From a virus, in the IMG/VR virus record IMGVR_UViG_3300013104_000002, positions 82,491 to 146,490 of that record: a stretch of DNA of 64,000 nt, one strand, 5' to 3'. The position numbers were made by a program, and so were the translations under genes. The notes under the pieces are model-generated. The model saw nothing but the letters and a program-made list of their open reading frames with translations. It was not told the DNA's origin and searched no databases. This document shows, in pieces, positions 1 through 10,292 of the stretch (position 1 is the stretch's first letter; each line of letters begins with the position of its first letter).

Positions 1-846
1 ACTATCTCTAAGTGGAGGATTCATTTTTACATCTTGAGAAAAAAACTTTTGCTTGGTTTCATTCCATAAATTTACAGGTATAGGTGCTATAAAAATATTT
101 ATATGGTAATATGCCCATCCAGATATATAAACATCATCTATCTTTATTCCACTTTTTATTTTTTTAAATTCATCCACATAAAATTGAAGAGTTTCAGGAA
201 TTTGTTCCCAATAATGCAAATTAGTGTCCCATTTAGGCACATTTTCCATATAAATTAGCATCTCATTTTTAGGTGGAGTTGTAAAATCTATATTTCTATA
301 ATCTAATTCTTTTTGTATTATTTCTGCATATTCAGGTATAGCTATAAGAACCTTATGCATAGATAGTGGAGCTTTTGCATCAGATAAAAATTCAATTACA
401 TTTACATTTTCTTCACCAAATTTAATATCTAAAGATTCAACAGCATCATCGATAGCATTATATTTTTTTTGCAATAGGTTATGAAAATCCATTTCTTCTA
501 ACTTCAAATCATTAGTTGCAATTTCATCTAATGAAAATCCATTAATATACATATCAATTCTGTCCATATGTTGGTTAATAACTTTATTAACACGTTTTAC
601 ATATTTTTTAAATTGGGGAAGTCTATGATGTTGATTTGCTTTTTTGGCAAAAAACTTAAGCCTATCGATTAAAATAAGTACAGACTGATCCTGCACCATA
701 AATTCATCTTTTTTAGGATTATAGGCTTTTCCATTTTCTATTTTTATGTCACCCAGTTCTGTCCAATCATTATCCTTTATATATTTTTCAGTTTTAAGCA
801 GAGATGGGGTGTACTTCTTTATATATTCATCTACGTATTCGCTCAT
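1..846 (-). CDS. 5' part of probable terminase large subunit (runs off window edge)
   Basis: ATG at 846, frame open to position 1 (not in the ORF track). Manual translation ends ...HYWEQIPETLQFYVDEFKKIKSGIKIDDVYISGWAYYHINIFIAPIP...NPPLRDS, resembling the pre-ATPase region of TerL in Bacteroidota phages; neighbours are HU/IHF-like and GroES-like genes. Walker A is not in the window. Confidence 0.55.
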   Translation of the reverse strand, partial: MSEYVDEYIKKYTPSLLKTEKYIKDNDWTELGDIKIENGKAYNPKKDEFMVQDQSVLILIDRLKFFAKKANQHHRLPQFKKYVKRVNKVINQHMDRIDMYINGFSLDEIATNDLKLEEMDFHNLLQKKYNAIDDAVESLDIKFGEENVNVIEFLSDAKAPLSMHKVLIAIPEYAEIIQKELDYRNIDFTTPPKNEMLIYMENVPKWDTNLHYWEQIPETLQFYVDEFKKIKSGIKIDDVYISGWAYYHINIFIAPIPVNLWNETKQKFFSQDVKMNPPLRDS

Positions 847-867
847 TTAATATCTTTATATTTACAC

Positions 868-889
868 TAAAAGGGACACGAAGTCCCTA
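868..889 (-). terminator. intrinsic terminator
   Basis: Minus strand reads GGGAC-TTCGT-GTCCC-TTTT, just downstream of ORF 898..1335. Confidence 0.65.
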
Positions 890-897
890 GTTAATTT

Positions 898-1335
898 TTA
901 TTTTTCTCCTACAATACTTTGATATTCCATAAATCTAGCTGATTGAATTGTTATATCTCTGTATTGTTGTTTATAGAATTCGTAAAGTTCTTTATCAACT
1001 GTTTCTCTTTTTCCATTTTTTATGGCGAAAACTGACTTTAATTTAAAATCCTTTATTTCTTCTGAAATTTCTTCAGGAATTTCTATCAGATCTTTATAAA
1101 ATAAGTAAGCATAGTAGAGTTTCTTTTGGAGTTCTAATAAATCTATTTTTAGTATATTAAGTACTCCTATTGTTTCGAATACTAAATCTATTTGTTCTTC
1201 TTCTGTTAGTCCTAAAGATTTTTCTGCTAGTTTTTTTCTCTCTTCGATTATATTTTTTTCACTTTCTTGGACATGATTTTTTAATTCTACATAGTCCTTA
1301 AAAGTTTGCTGAAGATTATTCTGTATTATATTCAT
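898..1335 (-). CDS. hypothetical coiled-coil protein
   Basis: 145-aa ORF in the minus-strand operon. Confidence 0.7.
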   Translation of the reverse strand: MNIIQNNLQQTFKDYVELKNHVQESEKNIIEERKKLAEKSLGLTEEEQIDLVFETIGVLNILKIDLLELQKKLYYAYLFYKDLIEIPEEISEEIKDFKLKSVFAIKNGKRETVDKELYEFYKQQYRDITIQSARFMEYQSIVGEK

Positions 1336-1527
1336 ATTATTCGAAGCTGTCTGTATAGTAATCAGTTTTTATTGTTTCTTTTAAAGCATTATAAATTTCT
1401 TCATCAGACATATTATAATACTTTTTCTTAGCTGTTTTTTCTATTTGAGTTAATTTTTCTCCTGCCGAAAATCCATCATTAATAATAAATAATTCTGTAA
1501 ATAATTCTACGATTGCTCCTTGTAAAT

Positions 1528-1842
1528 TTACGCTGTGCATTGTCCTGTGATTTTAATGATTCCTATTTTTTGATTTTTGTAACGGATTTCCATAACTTTT
1601 GAAACTTTTGTAGAGCATTCGTTGTAGGAAATATTAACTTTTTGAGTGTTTTTGTCTATTATTTTCTTTTCGCTAACTGAGCATTGGCAAGTTGGAACTA
1701 CGTCTAATAAACTTGAATCTTCTATTCCTGTTATTAGCAAATCTATAGAGGATTGACCTTTTTTAAATGTTCCAAAGTCTATTGTATAATTTCCATTCTC
1801 CTCGTAGAAATTAAATTTTTCTGTTGTGTTTTTTATTTTCAT
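1528..1842 (-). CDS. DUF1573-like Ig-fold protein
   Basis: DFG near the N-terminus, V-x-P-T-C-Q-C-S (cf. the SCGCT motif of DUF1573), beta-rich, ends I-K-I-T-G. Confidence 0.45.
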   Translation of the reverse strand: MKIKNTTEKFNFYEENGNYTIDFGTFKKGQSSIDLLITGIEDSSLLDVVPTCQCSVSEKKIIDKNTQKVNISYNECSTKVSKVMEIRYKNQKIGIIKITGQCTA

Positions 1843-1854
1843 TTTTTACTTATT

Positions 1855-2142
1855 TTAATCCCAATACCCTTTTTCACAATTATCTTCCATCAAAATTTTA
1901 TAATAAATACTACAAGACGAGCAAAAAGTACAGTTACCTAAAACATCATCTTCAGATTTCCCTGTAATCCAAGAATAAAAATCAGAAAGTTTCTTTAATA
2001 TTCTTTTTTTAATTGGAATTTTTTCTACATTTAAAGAGTTAAACTCGCAACCTTTACAAATTTTTCTTTTTCGTAATGTTTCCTCATCCTCTTTAGACTT
2101 TTTGAATCTGCTTAGAATGATGATTTTTATAGTTTTAAACAT
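1855..2142 (-). CDS. small Cys-rich putative zinc-binding protein
   Basis: ICKGC...CTFCSSC...C-x-K-G-Y-W. Confidence 0.55.
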   Translation of the reverse strand: MFKTIKIIILSRFKKSKEDEETLRKRKICKGCEFNSLNVEKIPIKKRILKKLSDFYSWITGKSEDDVLGNCTFCSSCSIYYKILMEDNCEKGYWD

Positions 2143-2163
2143 AATTCTTAATTTTGATTATCG

Positions 2164-2246
2164 GCGAGAGGTACTGAGAAAAAAGTAGTGACATAACTAA
2201 GATGTCGAAATTATTGCCTGAGCAACCTAAACATGCACTCTCTCGC
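2164..2246 (-). ncRNA. candidate structured intergenic RNA (multibranch hairpin)
   Basis: Closing stem GCGAGAG/CTCTCGC, extended by GTGC/GTAC, with inner hairpins TTGC-TCAG-GCAA and GACAT-N7-ATGTC on the minus strand. Confidence 0.35.
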
Positions 2247-2252
2247 TTCAAA

Positions 2253-2561
2253 TCAGTTTTCTATTTTCAATCTTTGATGCCCGCTCAACCAATGATGAAG
2301 CTGTTCTTCTGCTCTTTTATATTGTGGCGAGTTGTGGCTTTTTCTTAAGTTATCTATTTTTAACCTTTTATGGAGAAATGAACAGAATGCTCTTATGTGT
2401 ATCCCCATCTTTTCTGCTTTAGGGTCTTCCAGCTTTAAAAGAATAAACTTATAAAATGCCTTGTACAAATCCTCTACTTCTTCTCTAGGCATTTTTCTTC
2501 GTTCTGCATAACGATCTATTAAATCCTGCTCTGTATAGTATTCTATGAATCTACTTTCCAT
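2253..2561 (-). CDS. HU/IHF-like DNA-binding protein
   Basis: EQDLIDRYAERRKMPREEVEDLYKAFYKFILLKL...IHIRAFCSF matches the helix-helix/V-x-I-x-G-F-G-x-F layout of HU/IHF. Confidence 0.55.
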   Translation of the reverse strand: MESRFIEYYTEQDLIDRYAERRKMPREEVEDLYKAFYKFILLKLEDPKAEKMGIHIRAFCSFLHKRLKIDNLRKSHNSPQYKRAEEQLHHWLSGHQRLKIEN

Positions 2562-2911
2562 AATACGGCTAATAATGCTGTCTTATTGTTATGTATGTAC
2601 AGTTTTATTAACTGTTCGAAAATGTTGTGTAACTCTTTTCCGTTTCTGTGGTCTTTATTTATTAGAATTCCTTTGTCAGATAATCTTTTTATCAATTGAC
2701 CATAATTTTCTTTGGAAGTTTTGTAATTTATAAGGAATCTTTTTTTAGACTGTTCATTTACTCCTCCGCTTGCTAATAGTTCACATAATAAATCCAGTTC
2801 CCTGGCTGTAACATCAGCAAAATTAAATATACAGACTGTTTGTACAATCTGCCTTATTGCAACTTCTTTATTTTCAGAACTAATTAACGAGATACAGTCT
2901 TTATTATTCAT
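2543..2911 (-). CDS. putative winged-helix DNA-binding protein
   Basis: T-x-RELDLL...SKENYGQLIKRLSDKGILI pattern. Confidence 0.4.
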   Translation of the reverse strand: MNNKDCISLISSENKEVAIRQIVQTVCIFNFADVTARELDLLCELLASGGVNEQSKKRFLINYKTSKENYGQLIKRLSDKGILINKDHRNGKELHNIFEQLIKLYIHNNKTALLAVLWKVDS

Positions 2912-3200
2912 TGATCTTACAGAATATTCTTTTTGCAGTAGGTAGTGAATATGTGTCTTTTACTATACCAAAACCTTCTATTTTTATTTCTGGGTCTAAT
3001 CCATTTTGATTTACTAAAATAAAATCTCCTTCTTTTATTTCCAATTGCTGTCTTCCTACTTTTATAACTTCAAATCTACGTAGACCTTGTTTTTCATGGG
3101 GCATGTTACTATTACTCCATATATCATTTTCTATTTTTGATTCTAACTTACTTAACTTAAAGACAATTTCTTCACCTAAAAAATCTAATTTATCTATCAT
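2904..3200 (-). CDS. groES: co-chaperonin GroES-like protein
   Basis: 98 aa; FEVIKVG...EIKEGDFILV...G...IEG matches the GroES (V-x-A-V-G...V-K-x-G-D-x-V) signature. Confidence 0.55.
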   Translation of the reverse strand: MIDKLDFLGEEIVFKLSKLESKIENDIWSNSNMPHEKQGLRRFEVIKVGRQQLEIKEGDFILVNQNGLDPEIKIEGFGIVKDTYSLPTAKRIFCKINE

Positions 3201-3562
3201 CTCTTTTTAAATTGCTGTGTTTTAATATATTTAAATGCGCGTTCTTGCTTGTAATTATATGATCTGCGTTTAGTTAATTTATCTTCCCAGTAATTAGGAT
3301 CTTCTTGTATTTTAGTAACCATGTTAACTATTTTTTTTCGTATAGGTCTAACATAATATCCGTGAAAACTTGTTCGATAAATCTGTTTTATGTCTGTTTT
3401 GTAGAAAAATACTAGTAACCTTCTATTTTCGTAATCATTTAAAAGGCAAACTATAACTCCTTCAAATCTTAAAATAATCATTCCTTTTTTCTTTGATCGG
3501 CGTATCATTCTGTGAGTATAACCAAGAAGAAAGTAAAGATATTTATAATATTTTTCTAACAT
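3197..3562 (-). CDS. hypothetical basic protein
   Basis: First ORF after the minus-strand promoter at 3580-3612. Confidence 0.6.
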   Translation of the reverse strand: MLEKYYKYLYFLLGYTHRMIRRSKKKGMIILRFEGVIVCLLNDYENRRLLVFFYKTDIKQIYRTSFHGYYVRPIRKKIVNMVTKIQEDPNYWEDKLTKRRSYNYKQERAFKYIKTQQFKKR

Positions 3563-3579
3563 TTTTATTCTTTATATTG

Positions 3580-3612
3580 CAAATATAAGGTACTTATTTG
3601 ATATCTCTACAA
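3580..3612 (-). promoter_or_regulatory. Bacteroidota primary-sigma promoter for the minus-strand operon
   Basis: Minus strand TTG...TATATTTG (plus strand CAAATATA 3580-3587, CAA 3610-3612). Confidence 0.6.
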
Positions 3613-3749
3613 TTTTTTATGTTATATTTTTGTTAAACTTTTATTTTTCATTTAAAATTCATTTTTTGGGTCGAAAGTTTTGACAAATAATCTAATAGAT
3701 TTGGAGGTTAAAAAAATATTTTGTAATTTAGCGGACTAAAGAAAGAAAA

Positions 3750-4037
3750 ATGTATTATCAGGAAGAACAAAATTTAAGGAGCAGATTAGGATATTCAGAA
3801 TTTAACGAGATATTTTATGAGCTCTTAGATACTTATATAACAACATCATTGGTGCATGTAGAAGCAAATAAAGAGTTTTATGATGATGTAATTTTTAAGA
3901 TGTTTGATGTTTATCAAAGAGATAACAAAGAATATTCAGTTAAAGAATTAGTTTTATTTTTCCATATATTTCTTCACTCAATGTTTAAAAATAAACCAAG
4001 TACAGATAGAAATGAAGATGAAATAACTTTAATTTAA
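3750..4037 (+). CDS. hypothetical protein
   Basis: 95-aa ORF with an A-rich leader. Confidence 0.6.
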   Translation: MYYQEEQNLRSRLGYSEFNEIFYELLDTYITTSLVHVEANKEFYDDVIFKMFDVYQRDNKEYSVKELVLFFHIFLHSMFKNKPSTDRNEDEITLI

Positions 4038-4101
4038 AAATAAATTTGGAAGTTACAATTTAATTTCGTATCTTCGCGCATGTAAAGATGAAAGTTAGTA
4101 T

Positions 4102-4214
4102 TTATATTAGTTGTGACGATTTAATATAAGTAGAAAAAATATAAAAAGAAAAGTCCTTTAGAGAATCAAAAAGCAATTATCGTCACCCTGAATTGCTGGT
4201 TCTTTAGAGGCTTT
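4102..4214 (+). promoter_or_regulatory. structured 5' leader with complementary loops
   Basis: Two hairpins whose loops carry GTGACGAT (4113-4120) and ATCGTCAC (4179-4186). Confidence 0.5.
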
Positions 4215-4227
4215 CTCATTTTATACT

Positions 4228-5166
4228 ATGAACAAAATATTTAGATTACCATCAAGGCTTTTTTATGACCTATGGGACAAGGGAAATAACTTCTCTGGTC
4301 TTACTGGCGAAAAGCTTATTGCGGTATACTCTATTTTAAAAAGTTCGAGAGAAAAAGAAGTAAAATATTATTCATATAAATCAAAAAACAATAAAATAAT
4401 TAGTGGTTACTCTTTATTAAGAGCAAAGACTAATTTAAGTCTACATGTAATTCAAAAATATGTTCCTGTTTTAATTGAAATGGGACTATGTTTTATTGAT
4501 AAAAATGGAGATTTTGTTTTACTGGGTAATGAAAAGGTAAAAGAATTATATAACTGTACTAAATTAGTTCCTATTCGTATAGGAAGAAATTTAATTGATA
4601 CGGCGGATAATATTTTATCTGTTAAACTTTTTGCAGCCGAAAAACAACAAAAATTACAATACAAAAAAAGACTAACTCGAAGTGAAATTATAAAGCAAGG
4701 GGTTGATCCAAAAAATTCACAACAATTGAAGAAAGCTCAATCTGTTTTGAAAAGATTTGGTGATATTACTAATTTAAACGAGAAAACTGTTTTATCTGTA
4801 GAGGGATTTGCTGTTCTTAAACATGGCGCGGAAAATAATTTAAAAAATATTAAATCAAGCGGTAATTACATTAAAAGAAAACTTAAAATTAAGGGGCTTG
4901 TTAAAACTAAAAGACAATTTGAAAAAATACAAAAAATGTCTTATGAAGATTATCTTAATTTTAAAAAATTAGGAATGCTAACTTATAGACATACCTATTC
5001 AAATGGTTTCTTAGTAGAAGAAAAAATTTCATCGTTTTCACCTGTTGATTTAATTACTACAAAAGAAGAAAAAATAGTTGAACCTGTTATTATTAAATCT
5101 GAATACAATAATAAGCCTTATTTAGAGTTTGATATGATTGGGTTCTGGATTAACGGAAAAGGATAA
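4228..5166 (+). CDS. basic putative DNA-binding (HTH) protein, possibly replication/regulatory
   Basis: 312 aa, Lys-rich; LRAKTNLSLHVIQKYVPVLIEMGL is a wHTH-like segment. Confidence 0.4.
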   Translation: MNKIFRLPSRLFYDLWDKGNNFSGLTGEKLIAVYSILKSSREKEVKYYSYKSKNNKIISGYSLLRAKTNLSLHVIQKYVPVLIEMGLCFIDKNGDFVLLGNEKVKELYNCTKLVPIRIGRNLIDTADNILSVKLFAAEKQQKLQYKKRLTRSEIIKQGVDPKNSQQLKKAQSVLKRFGDITNLNEKTVLSVEGFAVLKHGAENNLKNIKSSGNYIKRKLKIKGLVKTKRQFEKIQKMSYEDYLNFKKLGMLTYRHTYSNGFLVEEKISSFSPVDLITTKEEKIVEPVIIKSEYNNKPYLEFDMIGFWINGKG

Positions 5167-5228
5167 AGCGTACCCTTGCTTTAAGTAGGTATAAAGTTTT
5201 TCCACGGACTATAAAAAACTTAAATAAA

Positions 5229-5260
5229 TTTGCATATTAAAAATAAATATATTATATTTG
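5229..5260 (+). promoter_or_regulatory. Bacteroidota primary-sigma promoter
   Basis: TTTG 5229-5232, 20 nt, TATATTTG 5253-5260. Confidence 0.7.
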
Positions 5261-5275
5261 CTTAAAATAAATAAT

Positions 5276-5749
5276 ATGAAAATAGAATATAAAAAAGACG
5301 GAATACAAATAGGAAAAGAATTTTTTAGTTTAGAGAATATTACTAAGAAATGTAATGAAGTAAAAGTAAATGAACAGGAATTAGTCATTTTAACTATGGG
5401 ATGGGAAGGAAGAGGAGGAAACGCTTACGAACAAAGAGTGTTACCTTTAAAAAATGCTTTAGAATTACAATCTATTTTACTAGACAGAGAAGTTTATTTT
5501 GGAGAAATTTGGGGAAAACACTCCGAAGTTTATGGAGATATGTGTAAAGACACTTTTGAAATAGAGAGAAATGAAAATGAAGTAAAAAAGTTTTTGAAAA
5601 GTCATCCTAGTGGAGTTGATTATAATCATAGCTTTATCGATACTTATACTAATAGAATAATGGAATATTTAGACGAAGATCCCGATAGTTTGCAAGAAGA
5701 TGAGAATGAAGAATTAGTAGATAAAATTTACTCATTATTAAATTACTAA
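5276..5749 (+). CDS. hypothetical protein (start moved to ATG 5276)
   Basis: The track's TTG start overlaps the promoter -7 box; in-frame ATG at 5276. Confidence 0.65.
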   Translation: MKIEYKKDGIQIGKEFFSLENITKKCNEVKVNEQELVILTMGWEGRGGNAYEQRVLPLKNALELQSILLDREVYFGEIWGKHSEVYGDMCKDTFEIERNENEVKKFLKSHPSGVDYNHSFIDTYTNRIMEYLDEDPDSLQEDENEELVDKIYSLLNY

Positions 5750-6024
5750 AATGTTATATAAGAGAGAAGAGTGGAAACAATATAGTGAAAGACTAAAATC
5801 CTGGAATTATACAGAAGAAGAAATAGAAGATATAAGAGAGGTTAGAGAAAATTTAGATAATTGTCCAGACGATCAATTTAAAGAACTTGTAGCGCAAGGA
5901 GTAGTAGTTAGAACGCGTAAATTAAAAAAGAAAAGAAATTACTACGTAAACGAGGAGGGTCAGTTCTTGTATTTAGACAGTTATAAACGTAAATATTTAA
6001 TAGCAGGGTATTTTAAAACAGAAG

Positions 6025-6357
6025 ATGATAACGGTAGTAAACAAGTATAAGCACAGTCCTACTGAAAATGATGTTTATATAGGTAGAGGCAGTATTTTGG
6101 GAAATATCTTTACTTCAATACAAGACAGGAAAACTAAAGCAGAGTTTGTTTGTAAATCGGTAGAAGAAAGTATAGAAAAGCATAAACAAAAATTGTTAAA
6201 AGATATTGAAAACAAAAATTCTGATATATGTACAGAACTAAATAGGATATACAAATTATCTTTAAAACAAGATGTAAATTTAGTATGTTTCTGTAAACCT
6301 AAAAAATGTCATGGAGACACAATTAAAGAAATCATAGAATCAAAAATATATGGATAA
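6025..6357 (+). CDS. DUF4326 family protein
   Basis: DVYIGRGSILGN-x-F...LVCFCKPKKCHGD. Confidence 0.8.
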   Translation: MITVVNKYKHSPTENDVYIGRGSILGNIFTSIQDRKTKAEFVCKSVEESIEKHKQKLLKDIENKNSDICTELNRIYKLSLKQDVNLVCFCKPKKCHGDTIKEIIESKIYG

Positions 6358-7988
6358 TAGGTTACAAAAATTAATTTCAACGCATAGATTAATCTGCGGG
6401 GAAGTATTTCACGAATTAAACGAACTGAGTAAAATAGATATATCTAAGTTCAATAAAATAGATAAAGAAGATATTGAAAAATCTATTGAAAATTTATCTG
6501 AAGAGTTATCGCTTAGAAAAGCGTTTTTGTCTGATTTGGAAACTTTAATAGACTAACTATGGATAATTTATTTATTGATGCCGCAGAAGATGCAATAGTA
6601 AAACACACAAGAATTATAGAAGAACTCGAAAATTTGATATCTATTAAAAGAGAAGATTTTAGAATAGTTGATAACCAAACGGAAAAAGAAGTCACTGGTT
6701 TAGATTTAAAAAGTTTTATAGAATTGAACATAATTAAGAAAGCCCGCACAATAAAAGAGAATATGGTAGATATTGAAACTTGTTATAAACAAATGGAACT
6801 TTTTAGTAAAATTTAAAAATCATGATGCACGTAAACGAATTAACATTTGAAGGAGAAACCCCTTGGATAAAAGCTATGAATGAGTCTAATTATTATTGGA
6901 CAAAATATTGCGACGAAAGTCTAAGTAAAGAAGAGCAACATAAAAACTTTACTTTATGGCAAGATATTAGAATGGATATTGAGATGGGACTTTATGGTAA
7001 TAATTCATAACTTAATGGGATATTGGAATTACAGAATATTAGTAGATATTTATTATAATGAAGAGTTTTTTCAAATCCATGAAGTTTATTATGATGATGA
7101 AGGTAAGGTAAATGGATATGGAGAAAATTCTGTTTCAATTTATACAGAGGAAGGATTAGATGGAGTTAAGTGGCAATTAGATATGATGAATAAAGCATTG
7201 GATAAACCAATTTTATGGGGAGGTGAAAGATTTCCAGAAGAATATAATTAATTTACTATGCCAGCCAAAAATAAAGAAACAGGAGAAAAACTACTTATAC
7301 GTAATTTTAAAGATGGCAGTAGCCACTTCTGGTGTGGATTTGCACATTTTTATCTAGATGAAAACAATAATCTTTTATGGGCATCTGGAGAACAAGATAA
7401 TCCACAGTACAGAACTGCTATGGAAGCATATATAAAACGCAATAAGAAGAGTTTTAAGCCACGTTTACAAGTTATTGAGGTTGATTATAGGTAAGTTATT
7501 CCTTTTGGAGCTGATAAAGGTAAACGAGTTGATGAGGTAGAGAAAAAGCTGTTAAAATGGATGTTACAAAAATATACATTCAAACCTGGCGAAGAAAAAC
7601 TAAAAGAAGAGATAATAAGATATTTAAAATGATAGCAACAAAATGTAAAAAGTGCCAACAAATAGGATATTGTGTTTGTAGATTTTCGGCAAAAATAGTT
7701 AAAACAGAAGATATTAAAGAACTAAAACAAATACTTTACGAATATTCAGGATATTCTTTTGACAGAATACTAAAAGAATGGAGTGATAATTTAAGTGTAT
7801 ATTCTCAAATAAATGATTAAAAATGAAAATAGAAATTACAGAAGATAAAAGTAATAAAATGATTTCAATATATGTATTAGACAAGTGTTTATTTGAAGGA
7901 AATTACTGGGATTTTGATAGAAGTGGAAAAGGATTTAAAAAACTTTTTGAAAGTGCGGGAATAAAAGTTGAAATAGAAGAAAAACCAT

Positions 7989-8384
7989 ATGAAGAGTGGT
8001 ATGATTAGAAAATATAGTAAAAAAGGATTAGAAAAACGTAAAGAAGAGCGAAAAGACTTTCCAGAATTTTTTCAGAAGCATATTGAAATAGCAAAAAATA
8101 AATTTTGCGAAGAATGTGGAGAAAAATTAAAAGGAAATTCCAGCGAAATAGCCCACATACTTCCAAAATCTTATTATAAGTCTATAAGTACTAACGATAA
8201 TAATATAATTTATTTATGCGGAATTTATTCAGAAAACCAATGCCATACAAATTTCGATAATTACGATGAAAAAAAATTCAAAAAAATGCATTGTTATTCA
8301 AAAATAAGTAGTATCTTTACAGAATTAGAAAAAGAAATTACAGAAAAAATAACTTATAAAACCTACGATAGGTATACAGATTAA
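7989..8384 (+). CDS. HNH-family (NinG-like) nuclease
   Basis: CEECG...EIAHILPK...NIIYLC...CH; directly upstream of recA. Confidence 0.65.
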   Translation: MKSGMIRKYSKKGLEKRKEERKDFPEFFQKHIEIAKNKFCEECGEKLKGNSSEIAHILPKSYYKSISTNDNNIIYLCGIYSENQCHTNFDNYDEKKFKKMHCYSKISSIFTELEKEITEKITYKTYDRYTD

Positions 8385-8386
8385 AT

Positions 8387-9364
8387 ATGGCTACATTAGA
8401 GGAAACACTTAAAAAACTGAATAAAAATAAAAAAGAAGAAGATAAAATCGACAGACTTGGAGATAAAATTATTATAAGCACTAAAACTTCTACTGGAAGC
8501 CCTTATTTAGATTACCTAACTGGTGGTGGTTTTGCGAATGGTGGATATAACCATATTATTGCTTCTGGTGGTGTAGGTAAAAGTTCAATATCCTTATTAG
8601 CATGTAAAGATACAATTGAGAGGCGAAAAAAAGTTGCTGTATATTTCGATGCTGAGGGAACATTAAATGAGTCGTATTTTCAAAGAATGAATGTAAATAA
8701 AGAAAATTTCATTCATATTAAAGGCAGAAATCTTGAAGATATGTTAGATCAAGCAGAAGCATTTGCACAAACAGATGAAGTAGGGATAATTGTATTTGAT
8801 TCAATCCCTATTTTTGTACCTACAGCAGTCCAAGAAAAATCTGCATCAGAAAACAGTATAGGAAATGCTGCTAAAAGATACACGGAACGCATGCCTATTG
8901 TTGAAGGATTTGCAATGAACAGAGATATATGTCTTTTAGGATTAACTAGTTATAAGCTTAACCCAGGCGCAATGGGTTCTGACCCGCGCACACTACCAAG
9001 GGGTGAATGGCAAAAAACTATGGCAAACGTTACTTTAGATTTAACTAAAAAAGAAATGCTAAAAGACGATAAAAAGAATATCGTTGGGCATATTGTAGAT
9101 GTAAGGGTTAAAAAAAGTAAAAATAGTGCTTATGATCCAAAAGCAGTTTTTAATATAAATTTTTATAATGATGGAGGATTTAATGAAATCGATGAATATG
9201 CTCAAATATTTACTGAATTAGAAATTGCTAAATCAGGAGGAGCTTGGATTAGTTTTCCAGATAGATTTAGTGAAGAAAAGAAAGTAAACGGCTTAGCAAA
9301 ATTTATAGAGTATTTAAAGGCAAATCCAGAAGATTTTGAATTTCTAAAACAACAAGTAGTATGA
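8387..9364 (+). CDS. recA: RecA/UvsX recombinase
   Basis: STGS-x-x-LD-x-x-x-GGG, Walker A GGVGKS, YFDAE, Walker B IIVFDS, V-x-K-S-K, C-terminal K-S-GGAW. Confidence 0.9.
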   Translation: MATLEETLKKLNKNKKEEDKIDRLGDKIIISTKTSTGSPYLDYLTGGGFANGGYNHIIASGGVGKSSISLLACKDTIERRKKVAVYFDAEGTLNESYFQRMNVNKENFIHIKGRNLEDMLDQAEAFAQTDEVGIIVFDSIPIFVPTAVQEKSASENSIGNAAKRYTERMPIVEGFAMNRDICLLGLTSYKLNPGAMGSDPRTLPRGEWQKTMANVTLDLTKKEMLKDDKKNIVGHIVDVRVKKSKNSAYDPKAVFNINFYNDGGFNEIDEYAQIFTELEIAKSGGAWISFPDRFSEEKKVNGLAKFIEYLKANPEDFEFLKQQVV

Positions 9365-9789
9365 GACCTTTAGAAGATATATTAAACGATTACGAAGAAT
9401 TAAGAGAATCTTATAGAAATTTTACCAGAACAGGAGATAGTAACAAAAATAGTCTTATAGAATTTCAGGGAAGATTTATAGATATTAAAGCTGATCTAAA
9501 ATATTGGAGAGTTAAATATACTCATGAATGGACTAGAAGGGACGACAAAGCTGCCACAGCGATCAAATTTAGAATAGCAGTTGCTATGACCAGAGGAGAG
9601 TACCCAACAGGAGACGAAGAAACTAAATTACCTACGATTACTAATGCTGAAAAATTAGCCAGTGGCTCTAAAGAATACAGAGAATTTGTGGAACAAAGAG
9701 GTTTTTATAAAGAATCTTTGACAAATTTAAGTGACACTAGAGAAGATATTAATTCGTATATTAACGAGATAAAAGACAGATTAAAATAA
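9361..9789 (+). CDS. helical protein coupled to recA (possible recombination mediator)
   Basis: Overlaps the recA stop; coiled-coil character; position resembles UvsY-like mediators (inference). Confidence 0.35.
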   Translation: MRPLEDILNDYEELRESYRNFTRTGDSNKNSLIEFQGRFIDIKADLKYWRVKYTHEWTRRDDKAATAIKFRIAVAMTRGEYPTGDEETKLPTITNAEKLASGSKEYREFVEQRGFYKESLTNLSDTREDINSYINEIKDRLK

Positions 9790-10292
9790 ATATGTTACAC
9801 ATAATCTACATATATGTAATAATTAATAGTTTTATAACTTCTAATTACTTATTTGACAGTTTCAATGATGATGGATTCTTAAAGAAGATACTTATTTTTC
9901 TGTTTTTATTCTTTTTTGGAGCGATTTTTATACTGTTATACTTAATTTTTCAAATCCCTATTTTTGAGTGGTTAAAAAATGAAATTAAATTTATATATCA
10001 TTTTTATTTAAGTGACTATTGGAAAAATGCGATAGAAAATAATGAAGAAAGAAGTAAAGAATCAGTACTAGAAATATTAAGTACTTTTGCAAAAAATAGT
10101 AATAAACAAAGCAAAAGACATAACAGATTAATACAGAATAGGTATGAGCAGATTTAAATGGTATAGAAAATTATTAGGAGGAACTTGGTACAAACATGAA
10201 AATACCTTTCAGTTACCAGGTTTAATATTTGATTATTTTTGGGCTAGATACAATGAATTAAATAGATATACAAAAGTAATAGATATAGAAGA

